From assembly GCA_028823395.1 (NCBI GenBank), contig JAPKBO010000001.1, forward strand, positions 4,920 to 68,919: DNA of 64,000 bases. The letters are read 5' to 3'. Below are positions 32,621-41,428 of this stretch, one piece after another. Origin of the DNA: Planctomycetota bacterium. Lineage in GTDB: Bacteria; Planctomycetota; UBA1135; GCA-002686595. Position 1 is the first letter of the stretch. The number at the start of each line of letters is the position of its first letter. The notes beneath the pieces were generated by a model. That model worked only from the letters and a program-made list of their open reading frames with translations. It did not search any database and had not been told where the DNA came from. Both the position numbers and the translations under genes were made by a program.

Positions 32621-34585
32621 ATGCACACATACCGCTCCAGGAGAATTGCACTACTCGTGAGTCTATGGGTTCTCGGCTCTGCCCAGGCCAGTGCTCAAGA
32701 TCCAGACCGGATCCAAACGGACCGGCCCGGTAGAGAGCTCCTCGACCTGCCCGCCGAGGACGAGACCTTTACCTTCGCCGTATTCGGTGATCGCACGGGG
32801 GGGCCCGCAGATGGCGTCAAGATCCTGGCCCAGGCCGTGGCGGACGTGAACCTGGTGCAGCCCGACCTCGTAATGACCGTGGGCGACCTGATCAATGGCT
32901 ACAACAGAAAGCCTGAGTGGATGACGCAGATGACCGAGTTCACGGGCATCATGGACCGGCTGCTGTGCCCCTGGTATCCAGTAGCGGGCAACCATGACGT
33001 GTACTGGCGTGGTGAAGGGCGTCCCGAGCGCGAGCACGAGGCTAATTACGAGGCGCACTTCGGACCCCTTTGGTACGCGCTGCGCCACAAGGACTGCTGG
33101 TTCCTGAGCCTGTACACCGACGAGGCCAATCCTGAAACGGGTGAGCGCAACTTCAGCAAGGCCGAATGCCAACGCATGAGCGCTGAGCAGATGGATTTCC
33201 TTGACCAGACCTTGAACCGCGCTTCAGAGGCGCGGCATGTCTTTGTTTTCCTGCACCACCCACGCTGGTTGGGCGGTAACTACGGAGACGACTGGGAAAA
33301 AGTGCATCGACGCCTCGTAGCCGCAGGAAACGTCACCGCTGTCTTTGGAGGTCACATCCACCGCATGGTGCACAGTGGCGTGCGCGATGGCATCGAGTAC
33401 ATGACCCTCGCCACGGTAGGTGGTGGCCAGTCCGGTATTTCCCCGGAAGCGGGCTACCTGCACCACTGGAATCTGGTCACGGTTCGCGAAGGCCACATTG
33501 CCATCTCGACCTTCCCCGTGGGCGCCGCCATGGACCCGCGCCAGATCACTGAAGAAGTCAGCAATCAGGTACGCGCCCTCAGCAACGGCTTGCAACTCAA
33601 GGTGCTTTCGACGCCCAGCATGGACGCCCAGGGCTTGGTGGATGGAGAGATCATCCTGGAGGTCACCAATCCCCAAGCCACGCCAATCGAAGTGCAAATC
33701 GGCCTGGAGAGTGCCGACTCGCGCTGGCTCTTTATGCGCGACCACCACCACGAGCGCTTGGAACAAGGGCAGAAGACCCAGTTCCGCGCCCTCGCCCTTC
33801 ACCCCCGAGCGGGGATCGATGAGAGCCTGCGCTTCCCGGTGGCCCAATTACAGGCCGACTATCTGGGAGAGAACGTACGCATTTCCCTTCCGGCACGCGC
33901 CATCGAGATTGCTCCACACCTCAAGGCCACCACTGCGGACCTCCCCCCTCTGCCGCCGGGCCACGACTACTGCATGGACTTCAACGGGAGCACGGACGCA
34001 CTCGTCTTGGCAAGCGACAACTTCGACCTGCCCGACGGACCGTTCACTGTGGAAACCTGGCTACAGGCAAAGAGCTTCGGGGAGCGCACGGGACTGATCT
34101 GCAAGACAGAAGGCTCTGAATTCGGGGTTTTCGTCAACGGCGGCATGCCCAGTTTTATCGTGCACCTTGATGGAGCCTACGTGACCGCCGCCGTGAAGGC
34201 ACCGATTCTAGAGGTCGGTCGATGGCACCACGTTGCGGGCGTCTTCGACGGCAAAGAGGTTCGACTATATGTGGACGGCCGGCCGGTGGCGGCTGCGCCG
34301 GGGAAAGGCAAGCGCACACGCAATGCCCTCCCCTTGATGATCGGCGCCGACGTGGACTCCAAGGGAAAGACCACCTCGCCTTTCCATGGCAGCCTCGACG
34401 CGGTTCATCTCTCGAGCGGAGCGCGTTACACCGATGCCTTTGATCCGGCGGCCCGGCGCGCTGCGGACGACTCCTCCCGGTTGCTGCTGCAGTTCGACGG
34501 ACTCGTGGGACCCTGGTCTTTGGACTCGTCCAACCAGGGCAGCCACCCTCGCATCCAAGGGCAACCGGACCTAACTAGGCGCTAG
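32621..34585 (+). CDS. secreted calcineurin-like metallophosphoesterase fused to a C-terminal LamG domain
   Basis: Signal MHTYRSRRIALLVSLWVLGSAQASA. Motifs FAVFGDRTGG, VGDLINGY, AGNHDV, FLHHP and GGHIHR. C-terminus FTVETWLQAKS...WHHVAGVFDGKEVRLYVDGRPV is LamG-like. Confidence 0.8.
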   Translation: MHTYRSRRIALLVSLWVLGSAQASAQDPDRIQTDRPGRELLDLPAEDETFTFAVFGDRTGGPADGVKILAQAVADVNLVQPDLVMTVGDLINGYNRKPEWMTQMTEFTGIMDRLLCPWYPVAGNHDVYWRGEGRPEREHEANYEAHFGPLWYALRHKDCWFLSLYTDEANPETGERNFSKAECQRMSAEQMDFLDQTLNRASEARHVFVFLHHPRWLGGNYGDDWEKVHRRLVAAGNVTAVFGGHIHRMVHSGVRDGIEYMTLATVGGGQSGISPEAGYLHHWNLVTVREGHIAISTFPVGAAMDPRQITEEVSNQVRALSNGLQLKVLSTPSMDAQGLVDGEIILEVTNPQATPIEVQIGLESADSRWLFMRDHHHERLEQGQKTQFRALALHPRAGIDESLRFPVAQLQADYLGENVRISLPARAIEIAPHLKATTADLPPLPPGHDYCMDFNGSTDALVLASDNFDLPDGPFTVETWLQAKSFGERTGLICKTEGSEFGVFVNGGMPSFIVHLDGAYVTAAVKAPILEVGRWHHVAGVFDGKEVRLYVDGRPVAAAPGKGKRTRNALPLMIGADVDSKGKTTSPFHGSLDAVHLSSGARYTDAFDPAARRAADDSSRLLLQFDGLVGPWSLDSSNQGSHPRIQGQPDLTRR

Positions 34586-34646
34586 CCGCTGCAGAATCCT
34601 GTGCACGGCAAGGCGCAATGCCCCGGCCGAAAGTAGGCTGACCTGC

Positions 34647-36119
34647 ATGAACCGCATCGCGACCAGGACCTTGCTCTCGTCGGCCATCCGCTCAGCGACT
34701 CTACGCGGCCTGACCGGCATCGCCGTCTGCGCTCTCGGCAGCAGCCAGGTGGAGGAGCCACCCACGCCTCAAGCCCCCGCTACAGCAGCGCCCCGACTCG
34801 GCGAAGACCTGGCTGCGCGAGCAGACAACACGAGTCTCTCCTTTAAGGAGTTGGACGAACTGCTCTTGTGGCGCTATGGGCAATCGCCCGACGGCCAGGC
34901 CGCCCTGAAGCAGCTGCTTGAGCTACACGTGCTCGAGGTCCTCGCCACCGAAGCCAAGATCGAAGTCTCCTCGACCGATCTCACCCGCCGCTGGTCCGAG
35001 TTGGAAACAGACCTGAAGGCTGCGGGCGTGGCCGACAACCTGCCCGCCTACTTGGCCCAAACCGGTATCGCCCGCGAAACGTTTTTGGAGTATCTGCGGC
35101 TGGCCCTGGTGCACGAGGCCTTGACCCGCGCGGCCCTCAGTCTGGAGCCGGGAGAACCGATCACGGGAGAGCAGCAGAGCACTTGGCTGGATTCAACACT
35201 GGCCGCGCGCGGGGTGGAACACCTGCCGCACCCCTGGGAGAACGGCATCGTCGCTCGCAGTGCTGAAGTGGAGATCACCCGTAGCGACTACGCTCTACAT
35301 CTGCGCAAGATGCTGCCCCCCGACGACCTCAAGGCAGCCTGTCATCAACTGCTCCTGGAACAGCGACTCCGGGCCCGCATGCCCGACCTTTCACCCGATG
35401 CCATGAAGCGGCTGGTGGAAGGGGAGGTCGAACGGCGGCGGGCGTCAACGCAAGCCGATCCGCGCTACCAAGGGGTGAGCTACGAGCGCCTACTCGAGGC
35501 CCAAGGCCTCTCACTTGAAGCTGTGCGGCGAGATCCCGCCCTCGTCATCGCCGTGCTCTCGCGCTACTGGATCGCCCGCGCTCACGATGATGAGTCCCTG
35601 CGCGCCGTCTACGCCGCGGAACGCGCCGTGTTCGAGGGAGCCTACGGCGAGGGCGTGGAGAGTCTCGCCATCGTGCTCAAGGCGGCCAAGCTCCCCAACG
35701 ACCTCGTGCCGCGTACCTTCGAAGCCGCTGAGGCCGAGTTGGTGGAGCTGAGGGCCAAGATCGGGTCTATTGAGGACTTCCGGCGCCTGAGCGCCGAGCA
35801 CTCCGAGGATCCGGTCAGCCGCGAGCGCGGAGGCAACCTTGGAATCGTCACCCGGGACTCGAAAGGAGTGCCTGAAAGCGTGCGCAAGCCCATTTTCGCG
35901 GCCCTGGACGCGGCCCGCTCCGCCGGAGTGGATGACGTCTCGGGGACCATCCTGGGCCCACTACGCTTCAGCGGCGGTGCCCTCCTGCTGGCCTTGGGCC
36001 AGCGCAGGCCTGCGCCCACCTGGGAAGAAATGGCCACCAAGGTTCAAGGTGAACTCCGACGCCGTTTCCTTGTAGAGTTGCTGCCGCCGGACTCAGTAGT
36101 GACCTGGCTCAACCAATGA
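34647..36119 (+). CDS. SurA-like periplasmic chaperone with a C-terminal PpiC/parvulin-type domain
   Basis: Signal or lipobox-like region GLTGIAVCALGSS. SurA-like helical region. C-terminal EDFRRLSAEHSEDPVSRERGGNLGIV...GTILGPL is parvulin-like. Confidence 0.6.
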   Translation: MNRIATRTLLSSAIRSATLRGLTGIAVCALGSSQVEEPPTPQAPATAAPRLGEDLAARADNTSLSFKELDELLLWRYGQSPDGQAALKQLLELHVLEVLATEAKIEVSSTDLTRRWSELETDLKAAGVADNLPAYLAQTGIARETFLEYLRLALVHEALTRAALSLEPGEPITGEQQSTWLDSTLAARGVEHLPHPWENGIVARSAEVEITRSDYALHLRKMLPPDDLKAACHQLLLEQRLRARMPDLSPDAMKRLVEGEVERRRASTQADPRYQGVSYERLLEAQGLSLEAVRRDPALVIAVLSRYWIARAHDDESLRAVYAAERAVFEGAYGEGVESLAIVLKAAKLPNDLVPRTFEAAEAELVELRAKIGSIEDFRRLSAEHSEDPVSRERGGNLGIVTRDSKGVPESVRKPIFAALDAARSAGVDDVSGTILGPLRFSGGALLLALGQRRPAPTWEEMATKVQGELRRRFLVELLPPDSVVTWLNQ

Positions 36120-36146
36120 CACCCTGCGGGTAGCACGCCAATCCCC

Positions 36147-36446
36147 ATGATGATTTCCAAAGTGGTCGGCAGCGTTGTTGCGACCCAAAAGGACGAGAAG
36201 CTCGAAAACCTCAAGCTGTTGGTTCTGGAGGTCCACGACCAGAACGGAAAGGCCGCCGGGTCCTACGTGGTGGCCGTGGATTCTGTCGGCGCGGGCCTGG
36301 GAGACATGGTGCTCTATGCCACCGGCTCCAGTGCGCGTCAGACGACCCTCACCGACGGTCGCCCCTGCGATGCGGTCACCATGGCCATCGTCGACTCCTG
36401 GGACCTGGGTGGCGACAACGTCTACGAAAAGTGGAAGGACGTCTGA
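36147..36446 (+). CDS. bacterial microcompartment vertex protein BMC-P (EutN/CcmL family), paralog 1
   Basis: MMISKVVGSVVATQKDEKLENLKLLVLEV...VAVDSVGAGLGDMVLYATGSSARQ, the classic EutN/CcmL pattern at about 99 aa. Confidence 0.85.
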   Translation: MMISKVVGSVVATQKDEKLENLKLLVLEVHDQNGKAAGSYVVAVDSVGAGLGDMVLYATGSSARQTTLTDGRPCDAVTMAIVDSWDLGGDNVYEKWKDV

Positions 36447-36447
36447 G

Positions 36448-36744
36448 ATGTTTCTGGCACGGGTAACCGGACGGTTGGTGGCAACGATTTCCTACCCGGG
36501 ACTCGACGGGGTGCCCTTGCAGTGGATCCAGCCCCTGGACGAGGACGGACAACCCTGTGGGCCGCAGCTTGTGGCCTGCGCTGCAATAAGCAGCGGACCC
36601 GGGGATCTGGTGCACTACGTGGACGGTCGCGAAGCGGCGGTAGCCCTCGAGGAGACCTATGTACCTGTGGACGCGACGATCATCGGCTACGTCGAGCAGG
36701 TCCAGCGCGCAGACGCCACCGCTTGGGTGGAGGTACAACCGTGA
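36448..36744 (+). CDS. BMC-P (EutN/CcmL family), paralog 2
   Basis: MFLARVTGRLVATISYPGLDGVPLQWIQPL...SSGPGDLVHYVDGREA. ATG lies 1 nt after the paralog 1 stop, and is internal to tracked ORF 36175..36744. Confidence 0.8.
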   Translation: MFLARVTGRLVATISYPGLDGVPLQWIQPLDEDGQPCGPQLVACAAISSGPGDLVHYVDGREAAVALEETYVPVDATIIGYVEQVQRADATAWVEVQP

Positions 36745-37040
36745 TCCTCGCCGAGGTGATTGGCACAGTGGTGTCGCCGGTTCAGATTCCCGTTCTGGAT
36801 GGCCGCAAGCTCCTGCTCCTGAAGCCGGTGTCCCCAAGCGGCGCTCCCGCCGGGCAGGCGCGCATCGGAATCGACACGATCGGCGCCGGTATGGGCGACC
36901 GCGTACTCGTCATCCAAGAGGGCAACTCCTCTCGCCAAATACTTCAAGAGCCCCAAGGCGCCGTCAAGACGGTGATCGTCGGCTTTGTCGACGAAGTCGA
37001 AATGGGCGGCGAGATCGTCTACGACCACGCCAACTCCTAG
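36741..37040 (+). CDS. BMC-P (EutN/CcmL family), paralog 3
   Basis: GTG start in a GTGA overlap with paralog 2. VILAEVIGTVVSPVQIPVLDGRKLLLLKPV...IDTIGAGMGDRVLVIQEGNSSRQ. Confidence 0.8.
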   Translation: MILAEVIGTVVSPVQIPVLDGRKLLLLKPVSPSGAPAGQARIGIDTIGAGMGDRVLVIQEGNSSRQILQEPQGAVKTVIVGFVDEVEMGGEIVYDHANS

Positions 37041-37055
37041 GCTACAATCAGCGCC

Positions 37056-37772
37056 ATGAGTCAATCGGCAACCTCTCTTCCCCAGGACAGGGGCGACGAG
37101 CAGACGCGCCTGCGCAAGGCCATCTGCCGCGTCTCATCGCTGGCCTACCAACGCGGCTTCACCTCGGGCTCCGAGGGCAACGTCAGCGCTAGGCTTACTG
37201 ATGGCACGCTTCTGATAACCCCAACTGCGTTGATGAAGGGGTTTCTTGAACCCCATCACATCGCCCACGTGGACATGCAGGGCCGAGTGATTGACGGAGG
37301 CCCGAGCCCTTCAAGCGAAGTGGGCATCCACTTCGTGGCCTACGAGGAACGATCCGACGTACGCGCTGTCTGCCACGCGCATCCTCCGCACGCCGTAGCC
37401 ATGACCATTGCCGGCATCGACATGCAGATGCCCATCATCCCTGAGGCTGTCGTCTCCATCGGCGGCATCCCCACGGCCCCTTTCGGCATCCCGGGAACGC
37501 CCGATCTGGGGGAGAGCATTCGCGAGATCGTGCGTTGCTCGGACACCATGGTCATGAAGAACCACGGCTCGGTGACTCTGGGCGCGAACCTGATCGACGC
37601 CTACAAGAAGCTCGACATGCTCGAGCACACGGCGCACATCCTGTGGCTGGCCCACACCGCTCGCGGCGGCCTGGAACCCCTCCCGCCCGAAGACGTCAAG
37701 CGACTCTTGGACACGCGCCGGGAGCTGGGGTTCACCAACCTCAACACCCTCGAGAACAACTGCGGGTTGTAA
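37056..37772 (+). CDS. class II aldolase/adducin-family protein (fuculose/rhamnulose-phosphate aldolase-like)
   Basis: GSEGNVSARL, EVGIHFVAY, VCHAHPPHAVAM (metal-binding His residues) and MKNHGSVTLG. Starts 15 nt after the third BMC-P gene. Confidence 0.85.
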   Translation: MSQSATSLPQDRGDEQTRLRKAICRVSSLAYQRGFTSGSEGNVSARLTDGTLLITPTALMKGFLEPHHIAHVDMQGRVIDGGPSPSSEVGIHFVAYEERSDVRAVCHAHPPHAVAMTIAGIDMQMPIIPEAVVSIGGIPTAPFGIPGTPDLGESIREIVRCSDTMVMKNHGSVTLGANLIDAYKKLDMLEHTAHILWLAHTARGGLEPLPPEDVKRLLDTRRELGFTNLNTLENNCGL

Positions 37773-37950
37773 GAGCGTTTCGAGGGCCGCAGCGCCCTAA
37801 AGACCGTCGGCTGAATTCCGACCTGGAAAACGATTCCGCATGGGCCCACAGAAGGGGGCTCCCCTGCAACCGTCTATCCAAGGTGCCTGTAGCCGGGTAA
37901 CACTTACAAGGGGTCTGCGTACACCGCACCCCACACACAGGTTGTCACCA

Positions 37951-40518
37951 ATGATCCAATTCGCCGCGCTCCTAGCACTCTGCTCCCTCTCCCCCACTCA
38001 AGAACCGACCCACGTTCGGGTCATTCAGGCGGGTAAGCAGCACCGAATCCTGCTCGACGGTCAGGCTCTGCACTCCAGCGCGCGCACTCTGACCAATGCG
38101 CGTCACGTGGACCTGCGCCCCATTTCTTCGGGCGCCTCCCAAGCCCATGCGCATGGGGTCCTGCTGTGGAACGAGGTCAGCCCCAAGGGGCGCAAGAAGC
38201 CCCACTACCGGGTACAGCTTGCGGACGGTCGCTGGGCAAGAGCACGAGTGGCGGACGAGCGGTTGCACACGCTGTGGGCGCGCTTCGATCCCTTGACCCA
38301 ATCGCCCCAAGACCGACCCTCGCCGCTCGGAGAGTCCGGTGCGCTGGCCATTGTCCAGTACGAGACCCAGCCCCTGGACTCCTACCGGCACAGGGTGGAA
38401 GCCGCCGGTGGCAAGGTCCTGCGCTTCCTGCCGGGCCACGGGCACATCGCACACCTGCCACGCTCCTCCTGGGAACAGCTGCAAGCCCTGCCCTTCGTGC
38501 GCTGGGTGGGTGCCTACGACCCGCGCATGCGAGTGGAGCCCGCGCTGCTGGAACGCATGCACTCCTCCGTGGCCCTCGGTAGTGCACGCTATCTAATCCA
38601 GCTCACCGAACGCAGCCCGGCAACGCGCAAGGCAACCACGGCGCGGCTGATTGAATCGGGCGCCCAGATGCACGCCAGCGCCGAGCAAGGCTTGATGCTG
38701 AACGCCACCATGGAAGAGCAACTCCTGCGCGAGGTCCTCACCTGGGATTCGGTCCTCTACCTGGATCGCTGGCAACCGGCTCGCACCTACATGGAAAAAG
38801 TGCGTGTGGACGGCGGCGCGGATTACCTGGAGTCATTAACGGGCTTCACGGGCCAAGGGGTGGCGGGCGAGGTTTTCGACTCGGGTCTCTTGAACTCGCA
38901 CCAGGACTTCCAGTCCAACCCGCCTTTGATACACAACGGCAACAACGCCGATGACTGGCACGGAACTTCGGTGGCAGGCATCGTCTTTGGTGATGGGCAG
39001 GGAAGCGTCACGGCCCGGGGCATGCTGCCCGACGGCGACCACGTGTTCGCGACCTTCCACAACCTCAACAACCGCTACACACACACGGCCCAGTTGCTTC
39101 AGCCTCCCTACGAATGCGTCTTCCAGACCAACTCCTGGGGCTGGGGCTACAGCAGTAACTACACCAACCAAACGACGCAGCTGGATGACGTGGCCTTCCA
39201 GAACGACCTGGTCATCTGTCAGGCCCAGGGCAACAGCGGTACCACGCAGTCCGAACAACTCTCCTGGGCCAAGAACGTGCTGTCGGTGGGCGGCATCAAC
39301 CACCTCAATACCCAGACCCTGAGCGACGATTCCCATAACGGTGCAGCGGGGAGCTACGGCCCGGCGCCGGATGGTCGCATCAAACCGGATCTGTGCTACT
39401 GGTACGATTCGATCCGGACAACCTCCGATAGTGGTGGCTACACCAACACCTTCGGCGGAACCAGCGCCGCAACACCGGAGACCGCCGGACACGTGGGCCT
39501 GCTGTATCAGATGTGGCACCAGGATCTGTTTGGCACGAGCTCCGGGGGCACGACGGTTTTTGATAGCGCGCCTAAGGCCACCACGGCCAAGGCCATGATG
39601 ATCAACACGGCCAACCAATACTCCTTCACCCAGGGCAGCGACCTGCGCCGGGTGCGTCAGGGTTGGGGCCGGCCCAGCGTGCAACGGCTGCACGATCTGC
39701 GCGATGAATTCTTCATCGTGGACGAGACCGAGGTACTCCAGAATCTGGACACCATCATCTACCAGGTCAGCGTGGCGCCCGGCACTCCCGAACTGCGCGC
39801 CACCCTGGTCTACCTAGACCCCGCCGGAACAACCTCGGCCAGCCAGCACCGCATCAACGATATTTCCCTGCGGCTGACCTCGCCCAGCGGAGTGAAGTAC
39901 TGGGGCAACCAAGGCATGAAGACCGGGATGTTCACGTCAACGGGCGGCAGCTCCAACAAGCTGGACACCGTCGAGAACGTCTGGCTCGCCAACCCTGAGA
40001 GCGGAACCTGGACCGTCAAGGTCCTTGCGGACGAGGTCAACCAGGATGCGCACCTAGAGACCGCTGCCGTGGACGTGGACTTCGCTCTCGTGGTCTCGGG
40101 AGTCACGACGAGCTCCTGCGCCGACCCCATCAACTACTGCAACACGAGCGTCAACTCGGCGGGCGCTGGCGCGGTAATGGGCTTCAGCGGCAGCGCATCG
40201 CTGGCCGCCAACGACCTGACCCTGACCACCTCCGGCCTGCCGGCCGGGACCTTCGGGGCTTACCTGTACGGACCGCTGCAGGACAACCAACCGGCAGGCA
40301 ACGGCACTCTCTGCGTGGCCCAACCCTTCGGCATCCTGGGTGTTGTCCGTGCGGGCGTAGGTGGCACGAGCAGCCTACTTCTAAATTCCGCCGGCCTACC
40401 CGGAGGCGCGGTCAACACCGGCGACACCCTGCACTTCCAACTCTGGTATCGCGACCGTCAGGGTGGAGGCTCAGGTAACAACCTCTCCGACGGGCTGCAG
40501 GCGACCTTCTGCGACTAG
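37951..40518 (+). CDS. secreted S8 (subtilisin/kexin-like) serine peptidase with a P-domain and an uncharacterised C-terminal domain
   Basis: Signal MIQFAALLALCSLS. Triad VFDSGL (Asp), WHGTSVAGIV (His), GGTSAATPETAGHV (Ser), with oxyanion QGNSG. P-domain-like ISLRLTSPSGVKYW...GTWTVKVLADE. Start trimmed from 37840. Confidence 0.85.
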   Translation: MIQFAALLALCSLSPTQEPTHVRVIQAGKQHRILLDGQALHSSARTLTNARHVDLRPISSGASQAHAHGVLLWNEVSPKGRKKPHYRVQLADGRWARARVADERLHTLWARFDPLTQSPQDRPSPLGESGALAIVQYETQPLDSYRHRVEAAGGKVLRFLPGHGHIAHLPRSSWEQLQALPFVRWVGAYDPRMRVEPALLERMHSSVALGSARYLIQLTERSPATRKATTARLIESGAQMHASAEQGLMLNATMEEQLLREVLTWDSVLYLDRWQPARTYMEKVRVDGGADYLESLTGFTGQGVAGEVFDSGLLNSHQDFQSNPPLIHNGNNADDWHGTSVAGIVFGDGQGSVTARGMLPDGDHVFATFHNLNNRYTHTAQLLQPPYECVFQTNSWGWGYSSNYTNQTTQLDDVAFQNDLVICQAQGNSGTTQSEQLSWAKNVLSVGGINHLNTQTLSDDSHNGAAGSYGPAPDGRIKPDLCYWYDSIRTTSDSGGYTNTFGGTSAATPETAGHVGLLYQMWHQDLFGTSSGGTTVFDSAPKATTAKAMMINTANQYSFTQGSDLRRVRQGWGRPSVQRLHDLRDEFFIVDETEVLQNLDTIIYQVSVAPGTPELRATLVYLDPAGTTSASQHRINDISLRLTSPSGVKYWGNQGMKTGMFTSTGGSSNKLDTVENVWLANPESGTWTVKVLADEVNQDAHLETAAVDVDFALVVSGVTTSSCADPINYCNTSVNSAGAGAVMGFSGSASLAANDLTLTTSGLPAGTFGAYLYGPLQDNQPAGNGTLCVAQPFGILGVVRAGVGGTSSLLLNSAGLPGGAVNTGDTLHFQLWYRDRQGGGSGNNLSDGLQATFCD

Positions 40519-40519
40519 C

Positions 40520-41416
40520 TCACGGGGTCACGGGACACACGAACCCTGGCGGCTTCAGCATGAGGAGTGAGCAGTTGGTACGGCCCAGCAAACGCTCGGC
40601 GGTGCCGCCCACCAAGAGCCCCGGCTCGCCTTCCGTGGTGAGGCTCCCCATGACCAGCAGGTCGGGGTGCAAGTGCTCGCCCGCTTCACGAATCGCTAGG
40701 TACGGCTCACGTCGGCTCAGGTGAACTGCGGACTCCCCGTCGAAGGCCCCCTTCGAAATCCTCTCGTCCACCAGGGCCGCAGCGCCCGCCTTTTGCTTAT
40801 CCAGCAGGGCTTCGCGCTCTCCCCCTTCAAGATCCGTAAGCCCTTCGGGGTTAGAGAGCGCGTGGACCACGTGCAAGCGTGCACCCTGGTGCTCCGCCAC
40901 CCAGGCTGCCATGTCCAACGCCTGCCCTCCCACCTCGGAGAGGTCGGTCGCAGCAAGAATCAGCTTGTGGTTCTGATCGTGCTCGGGCCGCACGGCCCAC
41001 ACGGGAACGGGGCACTTACGCAAGACCTTGACGGCCACTGAACCCAGCCTGCGGCCCTCCGCAGTGGGTGAATCTCGCTTGCCAAGCACGACCATCTGAC
41101 CGCGTCCCTGAACGGCCAACAAGATCAGGGCGCGCCACGGACGTAGGTCCGTCACCTCCGAAGTTGCCCGCAAGCCAAGTGCCTTGCAGCGCTCGACCGC
41201 CTCAACGAAGCCGGGCGCATCGCCGGCCCCGTAGGTGGCGGCCGAAGCGGACTCCAAGCCGGCTTGACCGTGGGTCGAGTGCAAGAGATGCAACTCCGCG
41301 CCCGACGTCTGCGCCACCCAGATGGCTTGATCCAAGGCACGATCGCTTCCCAAGGTGAGTCCCCCTTCAGGAAACGCAACCTGCAGGCCAACCAGAATCG
41401 TATGCAGTTCTCGCAT
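40520..41416 (-). CDS. tandem universal stress protein (two UspA domains)
   Basis: Two repeats, each ending in the Usp ATP-binding type motif (VVLGKRD...GSVAVKVLRKCPVPVW; LLVMGSLTTEGEPGLLVGGTAERLLGRTNCSLLMLK). Confidence 0.8.
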   Translation of the reverse strand: MRELHTILVGLQVAFPEGGLTLGSDRALDQAIWVAQTSGAELHLLHSTHGQAGLESASAATYGAGDAPGFVEAVERCKALGLRATSEVTDLRPWRALILLAVQGRGQMVVLGKRDSPTAEGRRLGSVAVKVLRKCPVPVWAVRPEHDQNHKLILAATDLSEVGGQALDMAAWVAEHQGARLHVVHALSNPEGLTDLEGGEREALLDKQKAGAAALVDERISKGAFDGESAVHLSRREPYLAIREAGEHLHPDLLVMGSLTTEGEPGLLVGGTAERLLGRTNCSLLMLKPPGFVCPVTP

Positions 41417-41428
41417 GGGCCCGAATAC

